Below are positions 50,337 through 62,700 of a stretch of DNA of 64,000 nt, one piece after another. The stretch comes from the human T2T-CHM13v2.0 reference genome, Homo sapiens. The notes beneath the pieces are model-generated. The model ran no database searches and had not been told where the DNA came from. It saw only the letters and a program-made list of their open reading frames with translations. The stretch lies in the NCBI RefSeq assembly GCF_009914755.1, contig NC_060927.1. One strand, 5' to 3'. How positions within the stretch are numbered: the first letter of the stretch is position 1; every line of letters starts with the position of its first letter. The position numbers and the translations under genes are program-made.

Positions 50337-50539
50337 GTAGTAGGTCAAAAGAAGGGTGTAAAAATCTAAAAAGCATGAGATAGAATATCTTTAGGAGGAT
50401 AAGCAAGAAAACCATGACAATGCCTGATTTCTATAGGATTGGGAAACTTGGGGGAAAGGGATGGAGATTTATTTTTAACCATGTTTTTGTATTTTTTAAA
50501 AAAGCATATATGTGTAGACCTATTACAAAATACATGTTA

Positions 50540-50996
<457 letters not shown>

Positions 50997-51760
50997 GAAT
51001 TTTGAACATTGATGCCCTGGTCCCTTGCTCATTGTGTACCCAGATCCTAGGCAAATAAAACCATCTGTCTCCACCTTACAATGGGTGAGTAGGACCCCCT
51101 TTCTAAAAGAGGGGTGGGAACTAACCAGCACACCCTACCAGTTGAACAATGCCTTCCCCTGGCAAATACTTATTGACCACTGGCTGTGTAGCAAGTACTG
51201 TGTTACATACTGGGATATCTCAGTGAGCAAAACAGGCCAGGACTCTGCCCTTCTGAGGCTGACATTCTCCTTGGGGGAGATGGACAGCATACACTGAATA
51301 TGAATTGTGGCTCTCTCAGTGTCTCCAGGTAGGAGGGTCTCATCCTCACCTTCTAAAATATGTAATCTCACTTTTCAGAAGGACGAGGTTTAGTCCAATA
51401 AAACTCTTGCATATCTTGTTTCGCCTTGGCCCTCTCAAGCAGTGTCCCTAGCCCCTGGCCTATCTGAGCTTCAGTTTCTCCACTGGTGAAATGGACATGG
51501 CTATTGTAAGTATTAACAGAAGACTAGTGGTTCTAGCATGCGTACGATCACCCGAGGAGCCTGCTGGAACTGCAGAGTCCTGGGCCCAGTTCCAAAGATT
51601 CTCATTCTGTGTGTCTGGGGTGGATCCAGCAATCTGTCCCAAGTCAATTGGATGGTTGTGAGGCAGGGGGTTCTGGAAGGGACCACTCTGACCCCGCTTG
51701 GAGAGCTCTGTGCTAGATGTTGGATGTGAAAGAAAGTGAAAGTGCTCTCTCAATGTCAGC

Positions 51761-52251
51761 TGTATTCATGCCATGCACAAGGGCACCCTGGATTAACTAT
51801 CTCTGGCCACGGTGTGGGTGGCTAGGAAAACAGCCCTCAGTTCTCCTGCTGTAGGGAAAATGATTGACTGATGGCTCCAGCTGCTGTCTTCTGAATCTAC
51901 CTCTGTCTTTGTGCTGAGGCTGACCTCAGCTAATGACTAAGCAAGATGTGGCTGCTAATGCAGGCTCATTTCTACAAAACACATCTGCTGTCACAAAAGA
52001 CTTTGGCCTGAGGAGTCCCCATTGGCCTGGTCAGAATATTCTAGAAACTGTGCTGCAGCCTGAGACTCTTCCTATGTAATCCTCTCTTTCCTGCCCATTC
52101 TCTTTCACAGGTATCAGATGTTCACCACCATCTAAAGGCGCTTCCTGGCTTCTCTAGTACCTCTTATTCTTTACAGGTGTTAGCTCGATAAATCTCTTGC
52201 ATATCTTGTCTTACCTTGGCATCTTCTTCTCCGAGGACCTGAACTCATACA
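51761..52251 (+). mobile_element. LTR16-like (ERVL) LTR
   Basis: Ends ATAAATCTCTTGCA...CTTGGCATCTTCTTCTCCGAGGACCTGAACTCATACA. Confidence 0.7.
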
Positions 52252-53439
52252 CTTGGCTTGGTCTCTAATATCAAGACAGCTTTCAGTAGTGACCTCTGCT
52301 GTGCACTACTTATTGCCACACCCCTTCCTGGTTGCAGCAGCACTTGAGCAGTGAGATCATGTGCACAAGGGGATGTAAGGGCTAGCCCCTCCAAAATAAT
52401 TGTATCCTGCGTTCAGCCATGATGACATGGTCCCAGAGCCTCTTCAGGAGTTGTTGCTGTAGAGTATCGTTGCTCAGAGCATGGATTCTGGGGCTGGCTC
52501 ATCCCGCTTTAAATCCCAGCTCTGCATGACCTCAGGCAAATGACTTAAATTCTCTGTGCCCTACCAGCTGTGTAAAACACAAATGTTTGTATTTAATACA
52601 AATTACTTCTATCACAGAGAAGTAATTTGTACTTATCTGTGCTTACTAACTGTGTAATTGTCACAGTTAAGTAATTTGTATACAATTATAATACAAATAA
52701 GTAATTTGTTGTACAAATTACTTAACTTCTCTGTGATAATACTCACCTCAGAGAGTTATTGTTTGGAAAAGATGATCCTGGCCCTGCCAGTGGGCTGTCT
52801 ACCTCACAGCAATGTGTTATGATTTAGGGAGTGGGGGGCAAGTGCCCTGCCCTCTGCCTCTGCCCCATTGACTTGCCTAGAAATAGCTCTTTGTGGTTTC
52901 TGCCACTCTTTGGGGTGGAGAGGCCATATGGTGCTGGAACCATCTTGGTTCCAGGCCCGGCTCTGCCACTTCCACCAACGGGATCTCTACAGGTCATTTT
53001 CTTTTTCTAATATGCAGTTTCTTTGTGAATTCAGGAAGTTGAACATCTCCAAAGTTGGACTTGACTCCTAGCCCCAAGATTCTACAAAATGATAGTACTC
53101 TCCAGAGGAAACTTTTTCTTCCCTTCTTCCCTTTAAATGGACACTTAATATATAGTATTATCTCAGTCTTGTGCTAGGCACTGGGTATTCAAAAATGAAA
53201 AGAGAAAGCCTTTGCTCTCAAGTCACTCAGAATCTTCTAGGGAGACACACATGTCCACAGATAATTCCAACACAATGAGGGGTTTCTGGCCACCCAGAGA
53301 TGCAGGACTTCTGCCTTGGTTATTACTAACATCCTATCACGGGAAGTGGGAGAGGTGCAGGAAATAGTTTCCTGATCATGTTTGGCTCAAAGAGGGACAG
53401 TGTGTTTCAATGCACTCTGGTTAACAAAAAAGAAAGTGT

Positions 53440-53638
53440 ATTTATTTTCATTGAGAAGAAGAAACCGAAAACTCTGGCATTTAAATAAATAAAGAAGAAT
53501 TTATTTTTCCTTTTCAGGTCATGAGGCTAGTTAATGATTAGTGAAATCCACGTGGGTGTTTTCTGAGAGGCTGGGTTATATGATCTCTTTGGCTTTAGGG
53601 AATTACTCCATACCAGCTCTGAGATTTCCAGCTCAGCG
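53440..53638 (+). promoter_or_regulatory. PLA1A promoter and short 5'UTR
   Basis: ISRE core GAAACCGAAA 53461-53470; HNF1-type GTTAATGATTAGT 53530-53542; E-box CACGTG 53549-53554; TATA-like TTATAT ~53576. Confidence 0.75.
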
Positions 53639-53711
53639 ATGCCCCCAGGTCCCTGGGAGAGCTGCTTCTGGGTGGGGGGCCTCATTTTGTGGCTCAGCGT
53701 TGGAAGTTCAG
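53639..53711 (+). CDS. PLA1A: Phospholipase A1 member A (PS-PLA1) exon 1, signal peptide
   Basis: MPPGPWESCFWVGGLILWLSVGSS(G); donor CAG|GTAAGC at 53712; 73 bp, phase 1. Confidence 0.98.
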
Positions 53712-56104
53712 GTAAGCCAGGGCTCAGGCCTTGGGAGGAACTTATTTCAGTCAGTGATCATATTTCTCCAACTACTTATGCAGTACTAACTTTTGGAAGA
53801 TCCCCTAAAAGCCTTTTGCCTCTTCTGAGGTGAATTTAAAACAGTAGGGGAAAAAAACCCCTTTTATCATAATCGGAATGATGGTAAACAGGTCACAAAA
53901 CCTGAACTTTCCCTGGTTATCCGACTCATTTTTCTAAAGCCCACATAAAAAAACCCTTTCTCACCTTGCACAAGCCAGGACCAACTGTAAGAAAATAAAA
54001 TTTGGTTAATTCTAAGATATTCATTTTTCACCCCATAAATATCCACCATTCCAAGATATATTTAATTTTAAAATTTAGGTTTTCCAAACTAATAATGATT
54101 TTGTCACTGAGATTGTTAGATGTCCTTTCTAATCCAGCAACCTAACTCAAGTGGTTTGTCATCCTGGCTGGGTGATGGGAACTAGTCCCTGCTAACCTCA
54201 GATGCCCCTGGGAAAACTTCCCTCAGATGCCAATTTGCATTTACCTTTCCCCCAGTAAAGAACTGACCCACTGATCCCTCTTGCCTAACAGAAAATTAAC
54301 CTGCTCTACTTTGGGTTCTCAGAAGTTCTCAGAAGACTCCTTCTCACTATGGTGAGGTCACCCTTAGAAAAATCCCCTCCCTCTACTCACAATAGCAGGC
54401 TGCTTTTCTGTCTTCTCCGCTGGACATTTAATTCTCATTCCCTGGCTCTAGAATATGTCATTGCTTCTGCCTGGGGTTGCTCACATCACCTTTGGATTGA
54501 TTTCTGTTCTTTGCATCTTTCAAGGGGGCTTCTGTATTCCTATCTCCCTTGTACTCATTCTTTTTCTGCTCAGCACCCCTCCCTGCTACAAAGTTCCACT
54601 GGGTGACTGCATGCTCTCCTTGCACTCATGGGTGGTTTTTCAGAGGTGCTGTTGAGCTCTGTATGTGCTTTCTCCTACCTCAATTAGTTGTCCCTAAAAG
54701 GTGAGGATTTGAGGCTTCTGTCTCTTTTAGCATAGTTAGTGCTGTGCTCTGTATAGAGCAGATGTCCAGTGAATATTGCAGACATTGATGCTTAGAGGAG
54801 GCAATGGGCTGAGCTGATGGGGAATAGGCTCTGTCTGGGTCGGGCTAACCCAGACTGGAATCCTGGCTCTGTTTCTTTGTAGCTATGTGACCTTGAGGAA
54901 GTGGCTTTCTTTACCTGTAGCTAGAGATGATCCTTACCAGATAGGAATGCTGTAAGGACTGAATGGGATCATCTGTGCACAGGGCCTGACTTTTGCAGTT
55001 GCTTATTCCTTTGTGATTTTATTATTAGCAAATTGTTGTCTAGGCTGATGGAAGTGGAGGGAACAGGGCTGTCATGAGCCACCTTGGAGAGAAGGTGGGA
55101 GGTATCACCTAGGAGAGCTGTGGGTCCCGTTCTGAGAAGTGGGCTTGGCAGGCCCACTTTGTCCCTGCTCAGGAGCCCCAGGCCTCCTTAGGGGCTGGAA
55201 GGCATTTGCTAGTTGTCCTGATTTGAAGGTTGAGGAGTGGGAGGACTATAGCAAATTGGCATCAAACTCTTTTTGGAAGCTCATCTGTCGGTAAGCCTGG
55301 GGCCTCTGTCACACAGATAAGAGAAGCTCAGAAATTCTGAACCAGATAGCAGGGTTAGGGTCAGCGCAGAAGCTGATCAGGTTCCAGCCACATATGTGGG
55401 AATCATTCTAGATGCTCTGGGCAGGAAGTGGGCTTATAATAACATGTTAGCAGGGCCTGGGTATTTCCTTGCCTGGTCTTCTTGCCTTTGTTTGTCTCTG
55501 GTGTCTTTCTTTTCACACTTACCCAGTGAGGCATTCTCTATTTCCCATCCGCTTCTCTTCCTTTCCCACCTTAACTGAGTGTTTCACTGTCAACAGCAAC
55601 AATATTTATTAAGTTAATGTTCCTTATTCTTACTTTTAGTAGTGCTGTCTCAGAAATTAAGTGAGTTGATGGATAGGCAGAGATAGAAGTGTGTGTGCGT
55701 GTGTGTGTGTGTGTGGCTGGGAGGGATAGAAATATGCCAAAGGGAAAAGGAAAAAGGATGTAATTGACTTCAGACAGCCTAGATGAAGTAGGTGGACAGA
55801 AAGAAGATGCCGGATGCAGAGAGCTCAAGGTAAAGGAAAGGAAGAGCTCAAATGATCGGGAGGGAGGAGGTTCAGGAGGTATCCAGGTGCCTGCTGTCAC
55901 ACAAGGGCAGTAGCTGACCCACATGGGCCTCTTGGAAGTTCAGCCTCCACTCACTTTCCTGGCTGTGTACCCACACAATCTTTCATGACAACCCCAGTCA
56001 CACCTAGTTTTTCCTTGGACTGTGGAGCTTTAGATTGTTGAGCTCCTTGATCAACCTGGCCCTTGAGCTTCCAGGCTGGCTCAGGCGTCCTCTCCTCCAG
56101 GTGG

Positions 56105-56129
56105 ATGCACAAGTCTTCCTCCATCTGGG
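56105..56129 (+). CDS. PLA1A: Candidate alternative PLA1A N-terminal coding segment MHKSSSIW(G)
   Basis: ATG at 56105; donor GGG|GTAGGT at 56130 in phase 1, compatible with exon 2; candidate acceptors at 56033 and 56100. Confidence 0.55.
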
Positions 56130-57329
56130 GTAGGTGGTCTTTCTTTGTGTTCTCTCAGTACCTATGTTTCCTGGTCACAGATCTTACATCCCTATTTGCT
56201 GTGGGGCCTGCTTATTTTCCCTTTCTCCGCTAGACTTTGAGCTCCCAAAGGGCAGTTATGGCTGGCGTCTTCTTCATCCTTGAATCCCCAGAGCCTCACC
56301 CAGGCCCAGGCACACAGGACACATTCAATAAGCCAAAAGCCTTGGTAACTGAGAAGAAAGAAATTGAGCGGGCTGCAGTCCTCATCTCTACTTCCTGACG
56401 TTAGGCAGATTGATTAAATGACACTCATCCTGAAACAATTCAGCCAAAGAAGGGTTCCAGAGGGTGGCCCATTTCAGAGACACTCCTGGCTGCTGATGCC
56501 TCAATCCACAGGTCATCTGATAGCACAGCTCTGTCTGTGGGGAGCCCAGGGCTCAAGGGGGTGGCAGGAAGTTCAGTGGCCCATAGTGCTGAGCTGGTGG
56601 CAGAAGCAGCCTGTGACACCAGCCTCTGTAAGGCCAGCCTGGGCCTGAAGGTGGTGCTGCACCCTGCATGCGTGGCAGAGCCACCCTCAAGTCAGCTATT
56701 GGGAGGGGGCCTCCGCCCTCCTCCCCTCCTGCAGTGTCTTCCCGAGGAGCCTGGAGGAGGGTGCCTGCTTCCCGACACATGCACCGATGGCTCCTCTGTC
56801 ATCTCCACATTTGATAACAAAGTGTCTGATGTGGTTTTGTGCCAACTCTGTCACTGCCAGAACACCCTTCCCTTCTTGGTCCAGGCCACAGAATCAAAAC
56901 TGTTTTAGCAAAATAACACTTCTACGAAACAAAAGCCCATGGGGGATACCGATCTACAGAACACACCTGAGACAGGTGCAGGTGGGAGTGCAGAGTAGCA
57001 CATTTCCAGCATTTGCAGATCACAGAGGCCACCCATGGGAACCATGAGCAGCCCAGGCGGGTGAAGGGAGCTCTGTCATATATGCCTGAGAGTCACTTTC
57101 CATTATGGAAACATGGGTGTTACCAGGCCTTACTCACCCTTCTCTAACACTTCTTCAGTGTCAAAGACTCAAGAATAGAAAACTATAGGCTATTTTCAGA
57201 CTCAGACAAGCCAGTATTTCATTCTGCACCCCTCATTTCTATTGTTTATAAATCTCTGGTCAGCCTGGCCAGATACTCATGTGTCACTGTTCTTTGGTTG
57301 GAGTGGTGGCTAGGTAGAGGCAGTATCTG

Positions 57330-59130
57330 AATATGCTTCCCTATTTATCAGCTTCAAATACTGGCAATTTTCTTCTCTCCCTTTTCAAACTTTATAACTT
57401 TTATCCCATTGCATTGTCTTGTTTCAGTGGTTAGGACTAGGTCCTCTAGCACAATATTTAATAGAAGCAGTGATAGCAGACATTTCTTATCTGTTCCCTG
57501 TTCTAAATGGAATACTTCTAATATTTCCCAGTAAATCTAATCCTTACTGTAGGCTTTTAGGAGATATCCTTTCTTATGTTAAAGAGGGTTGAATTTTGTC
57601 AAGTGTTCTTTTTTTCTGCTCATCCGTTGAGATGAGCATATGGTTTTTCTTCTTTAGTTTGTTCATACGTGAATTATATTAATACTTTTTTTAATGTTAA
57701 AACAGCCTTTAATTCTTTGCAAAGAATTGGCCCAGCAAACCTTGCTGGGCCATGATGTACTTTGTGGTCTTGTTATCCTGGATGGATTTAGATTTGCTGA
57801 TATTTTATCTTAGATTTCTGTTTATGTTTATAAATGAAAGTAGCCTTTAGTTTTTCCTTCTCCCCTGTCCTTTGCACTTTTGGTACTTCGGATATTCTCA
57901 TAGAATGAACTGGAATCCTGTCTCCCATTTTCTATTCCTGGAACAGCATGTGTAAGCTAGGGATCAATAGAATTCCTCTGTGAAACTCTCAGGCCTCTTA
58001 GACTTTTCTGAGGGATAGTTTTGAAACTAGTGTTTCAATTCCTTTATGCTATAGTTTTACATTTGATTTTCTGTTTTTCCTTTCTTGACTAAGTTTTGGT
58101 AAGTTACGTTTTTCTAGGAAATGATCCATTTTCTAGCAAAATATCAGTATTTTCAGTTTTGGGGTGGATATAAACTTTTTTATGGTGTAAGGAAATCTAC
58201 TGTCTGTATTTATATACCTTTTTTATTCCTGATATTGTTTACTTTTAACTTCCCTTTGTTCTGTTACTCTGTCTTATCAAAAGTACATCTAGCTCATTAT
58301 TCTTTTCAAAGAGCCAGTTTTGGGTACTGGCTCTTTGTGTGTGACAGGTACTATTTTAGGCAGTAGAGTGAACAAAATGGATTTTAAAAATCCCTGCTTT
58401 GTTCAAAAGTACATTCTAATGTGGACTGACCACTAATAGAAAATAAGTATAATAACTTGGCAAATTCCATAGTAGATTAGAAGGTGATGATTGCTAACAA
58501 ATAAATAGACCAGGGTAAGGATGATTGAGAGAAATGAAGTGAGGAACACAAGCAGGTTACAACTGAAATAGGATGTGAGAGTAGACAAGAGAGCACTTGA
58601 CAAGCAAAGACTTGAAGGAGGGGAAGGAACTGCCATGTAGATACATAAGGGAAATGCATTCCAGGCAGAAGGAACAGCCGGGCAAAGACCCTCAGGCAGG
58701 AAGCCATCTAGAGTGAGGAAGGGCAAGGAGAACTACTGGCTGCAATAGTGAGTGATTGTAGCATAAGGCAAAGGACTCTTGGAGTGGGGTGGATTAGCTC
58801 AGTTAGGGCCTTACAGTCCATTGTTAGGACTTCAGGTTTCAATCTGAGAGAAAAGGCTTGGAGACTTTTGCACAGAGATGTAACATGACTTGACTGACTT
58901 AAAAAAAAAAATCGTGACTGCTGTGTTGCAAATAGACTGAAGGGGCCAAAAGAGAGGGCAAGAAATGCAGTTGCAGGCTATGGCAGTGGCTGTGAGAGAT
59001 GATGGTGGCTTAGGCCAAGGTGGTGAGAAGGGTTAGATTCTGAATATTTCATTCTGATGGTCAAGCCAACAGAACTTACCAATTGTATGTGGGATGTGAG
59101 AGATAGGAAAGAGTCAAAGATATCCCAGGC
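57330..59130. mobile_element. Old L1M fragment (~57330-58330) followed by L2 (~58330-59130)
   Basis: L1 reverse-strand text (GGACTAGGTCCTCTAGCACAATA, GTTGAATTTTGTCAA); L2 text (TTCCAGGCAGAAGGAACAGC, GAGAGATGATGGTGGCTT). Confidence 0.7.
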
Positions 59131-59361
59131 AACTTTGCAAAGCCTGAGAAATTGTAATGACTAAGTTGCTACCAATGTTGCTCATATTTCCTTATTTTCT
59201 ATTTCTTCAATTTCAACTATTACCTTTATATTTCTTTCCCTATATTTTATTTGGAATTACTGTGGTATTCTTTTCTGAGTTAAAATATTAGCTTATCTAA
59301 TCTAAGTCTTTCCCTTCTCCCCTCCCCCACCAACATTTGCATGTAAGTTACACATTTTTCC

Positions 59362-59726
59362 CTATTAAAAGGTAAACTTAGGCACATTAAAATTTTAAAT
59401 AGTTTATTTGAACAAACAGTGATTTATGGTTTGGGCTGCTTCACACTGCAAGTGGCTCAGGGCTCCACCAAAGGGATGTGAAGAATAAATTTTATAAGGT
59501 GCCTATGAATGAAGCAAGGCAAAGAAAATATTTGATTGATTAAAGTGGAGCAGTACCTTAAGGTCCCTAGTCAGAGGTTAGTTGGAAGCTTCTGAGTGGT
59601 AAAGCTTAAGCCTCAGTTTCCTAGGACACAGCTCTTCACTATGAGTTGGGGTGTGGTGAGCTTCTGTAGGAACTCAACCACTAGAGCTTCCTCAGTCTAA
59701 TGGCTTCCCAAAGAATTATTTTAACA
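59362..59726. mobile_element. Probable ERV1-type solo LTR
   Basis: TTAAAAGGTAAACTTAGGCACATTAAAATTTTAAATAGTTTATTTG...AATTATTTTAACA interrupts L1M sequence. Confidence 0.55.
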
Positions 59727-59865
59727 ACCCAAGTGCTGTTTTAGCCACTCTTTGCAAGTTTTGATATGTGCTGGTTTTATTGTCGTTTAGTTTTTAATAT
59801 TCTGTACTTTTCATTGTGATTATTCTTTAACCCATACATTCCTTAAAAGGTTAAAAGGGTGTTTT

Positions 59866-60455
59866 TCTGTTGGTAGGAGTGTAAATTAGTATAGCCACTA
59901 TGGAGAATACGATGGAGGCTCCTCAGAAAACTAAAGATAGAACTTCCATATGATCCAGCAATTCCACTACTGGGTATATATCCAAAAGAAAGGAAAGGAA
60001 GTCAGTATATCAAAGAGATATCTGCACTCTCACGTTTATTTCAGCACTGTTCACAATAGCCAAGATATAGAACCAACCTAAGAGCCCATCAACTAATGAA
60101 TGAATAAAAAAAAAGAAGATGTGGTATACATACACAAAGGAATACTATTCAGCCTTTAAAAAGAAGGAAATCCTGCCATTTGCAGCAACATGGATGGAAC
60201 TGGAGGCCATTATGTTAAGTGAAATAAGCCAAGCACAGGAAGACAAATATCACATTTTCACACATATGTAGGAGCTAAAAAAGTGGATTCATGATGATAG
60301 AGAGTAGTAGATTGTGGCTCTCAGAGGCTGAGAAGGGGGAAGGAGTTGGGAATGAAGGGGAGAAAAGAATATACATGTATTTATTACCACTGAACTGTAC
60401 ACTTAAAAAAGGTAAAGATGATAATTTATATTCTTTTACCTGAATATAAAAAATT
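59866..60455 (+). mobile_element. L1MA-like 3' fragment
   Basis: CCATATGATCCAGCAATTCCACTACTGGGTATATATCCAAA; GCAACATGGATGGAACTGGAG. Confidence 0.88.
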
Positions 60456-61827
60456 TTTAAAAATCTTGAACAAGCTTCAGCAATATGTGTCCATGAGGAA
60501 TTGTGCCAAGGAGTTTCTCTTTGTAATGGGCTGGTAAAAATACCACAGGCACATGGGATGGGCTTGTCCTATTGTAAAAAAATGGAGGGGGTGTTTTTAC
60601 ATGTCCAAATGTATATTAAAATAATTTTTGTTATTGATTTCTAGTTTTATTACATTTTATTTAGATGATATTGATTCTTTGGTGATTATTTGGGCCTGCT
60701 TTGTGACATATTATGCTCATTTAAAAGGACTCAAACTCTCTGATGGATGCAGGCTGCCCTATATGAACAATAGAGCAGAGTGACTCATTAATGTGGTTTG
60801 CATCTCATGCTGAAACACAGTCTTTTCATCTTTTCTTTAAAGAGCCAAATGCTGGGGGAGGCTGATAAAATGATGGAGTCAGGCATTAGCTCTCTCATGT
60901 GCTGTGGGAGTTCAAGCCACAGGCTGAAGAGCTTAGGGCCGGCACTCTCAGAGTGGGCTTCATCCCAGGAGCCTCCAAACCTGCCTGCTTGGTCTGCCTC
61001 TGCAAGGGGATTGAGGACAAAGTCTGGGGCTCAGAAGCAGTGATGGGGAAACCTCTAGTCTACCACAGCGATGCTCCAGAAGGCCTCATGGCTTGAGGTA
61101 TTCTCCACAGGTGGGGTTCCCACAATTCACTCATAGCACCATATCCCAGAGCATCCCAGATCCACACTCCTGTTGTATATGAGCTCCCAGTTACCTCTGA
61201 TAGAAGATAATCACTCCAGAAATCTAAAGTTACTGTCTTCCTCAACAAAGGGGCTCACACAAACCGAAGTCTGCAATCTGGATGTCTCCTCTGAACCTCT
61301 GATTCTGTGAATCACTTTGTCTGGTGGCAGCAATGCTGTGTGGGACTGTGTTCTGCGGGTCAGCATGTACCCTGCTGCTCCTGCCAGTCTCCCTTTGGGA
61401 TGCATGGAAGTCAGGGACCACACCTCTGCATCACAGAAGTGGGGATCGGGGTGTGATGCTGGGTGCTGAAAATGGGCCAGATTTTCAGCTCCCTGGGAAG
61501 CAGGAGTTTCATGTTGCCTTTTCTGTTCAGTGTTTTTTAAAGGCCTGCAGTTACCTTTGCCAGAGAATTTCCATTGTAAAGGTATCTATTGCAAGGTGCT
61601 GTGAAGTAGGTGAGACTTGTCAAGGCTCTTCTCTGTCATCTATCTAGGCTATGGGCTGGGCACTGGAAGGCTATGGCAGGGCTCTTGACTGCTCATAAGG
61701 ACAAGAAGTGATTAGGTGGGGCTAAAGAGTTGAAAATCCTTCCAGGAGGGAGTGTTCAGACTAGACTGAGGCTAGTCCGCAGGGCAACTGTTCATTTGGC
61801 TGCCCAGGGTTCTATTTAGAATTCTCT

Positions 61828-62228
61828 ACTAGTTTGCTAGGGATACCATAAGGAAGTGCCATGGACTGGGTGGCTAGAACAATGGAAATGTATTGCCTCA
61901 CAATTCTGGAGGCTGGAAGTCTGAGATCAAGATGTTGGCAGTGTTAGTTCCTTCAGGGCAATGAGCAAAGGATCTGTTCCAGGACACTGTCCTTGGCTTG
62001 TAGATGGCCACTGTCTCCCTATGTCTTTACAACATCCTCCCTCTGTCTGTGTCCAAATTTCCTCTTTATATAAAGATAATAGTCATATTGATTTAGACCC
62101 ACTCTGTTGGCCTCTTTTTAACCTTTGTGAAGACCCCATCTCCAAATACAGTCACATTCTGAAGTATTGGGGGTTAAGATTTCAACATATGAATTTTGGG
62201 GGATGAGACTCAGTTCAGCCCGGAACAA
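61828..62228 (-). mobile_element. MLT1 (MaLR) LTR
   Basis: CACAATTCTGGAGGCTGGAAGTCTGAGATCAAG; CTCCAAATACAGTCACATTCTG. Confidence 0.85.
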
Positions 62229-62498
62229 CAGCCATTTCACCATGGCCTTTAATCTCATCTAGTTGAGCAATATTCCTTCTCTGCTATTTTGTCCTTAGGC
62301 ATGAAAAATATTCACACAGCTTCATTACAGAAGTGATGAAGGCTGTAATAAATGAGTGATTATTGCACTAGCTGATGTATAATAAACCCCATGCCTGCAG
62401 GCCCCTGTTTCTTGCTTCCTTCCAAGGTCATCTTTCTTCCTTCTAAGAACAGATGACCTCACCTTGGATGTTGCTTGTTTTGTTTTGTTTTCCTCCAG

Positions 62499-62700
62499 GG
62501 GATGCACCTCCTACCCCACAGCCAAAGTGCGCTGACTTCCAGAGCGCCAACCTTTTTGAAGGCACCGATCTCAAAGTCCAGTTTCTCCTCTTTGTCCCTT
62601 CGAATCCTAGCTGTGGGCAGCTAGTAGAAGGAAGCAGTGACCTCCAAAACTCTGGGTTCAATGCCACTCTGGGAACCAAACTAATTATCCATGGATTCAG
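62499..62700 (+). CDS. PLA1A: PLA1A exon 2; the gene continues beyond the window end
   Basis: Long pyrimidine tract then CAG|; GDAPPTPQPKCADFQSANL...TKLIIHGFR (lipase IHGF motif); donor CAG|GTGGGA at 62701. Confidence 0.98.

Noticed and set aside
52570-52740. CRISPR-like or regular tandem array
   Set aside because: Units are short, irregularly spaced and in both orientations, with no unique spacers; the context is eukaryotic.
53598-53610. NF-kB site at the PLA1A start (GGGAATTACT)
   Set aside because: Two mismatches in the 3' half-site; too weak to call.
56537-56908. 123-aa ORF in PLA1A intron 1
   Set aside because: GTG start, low-information composition, no homology I recognise.
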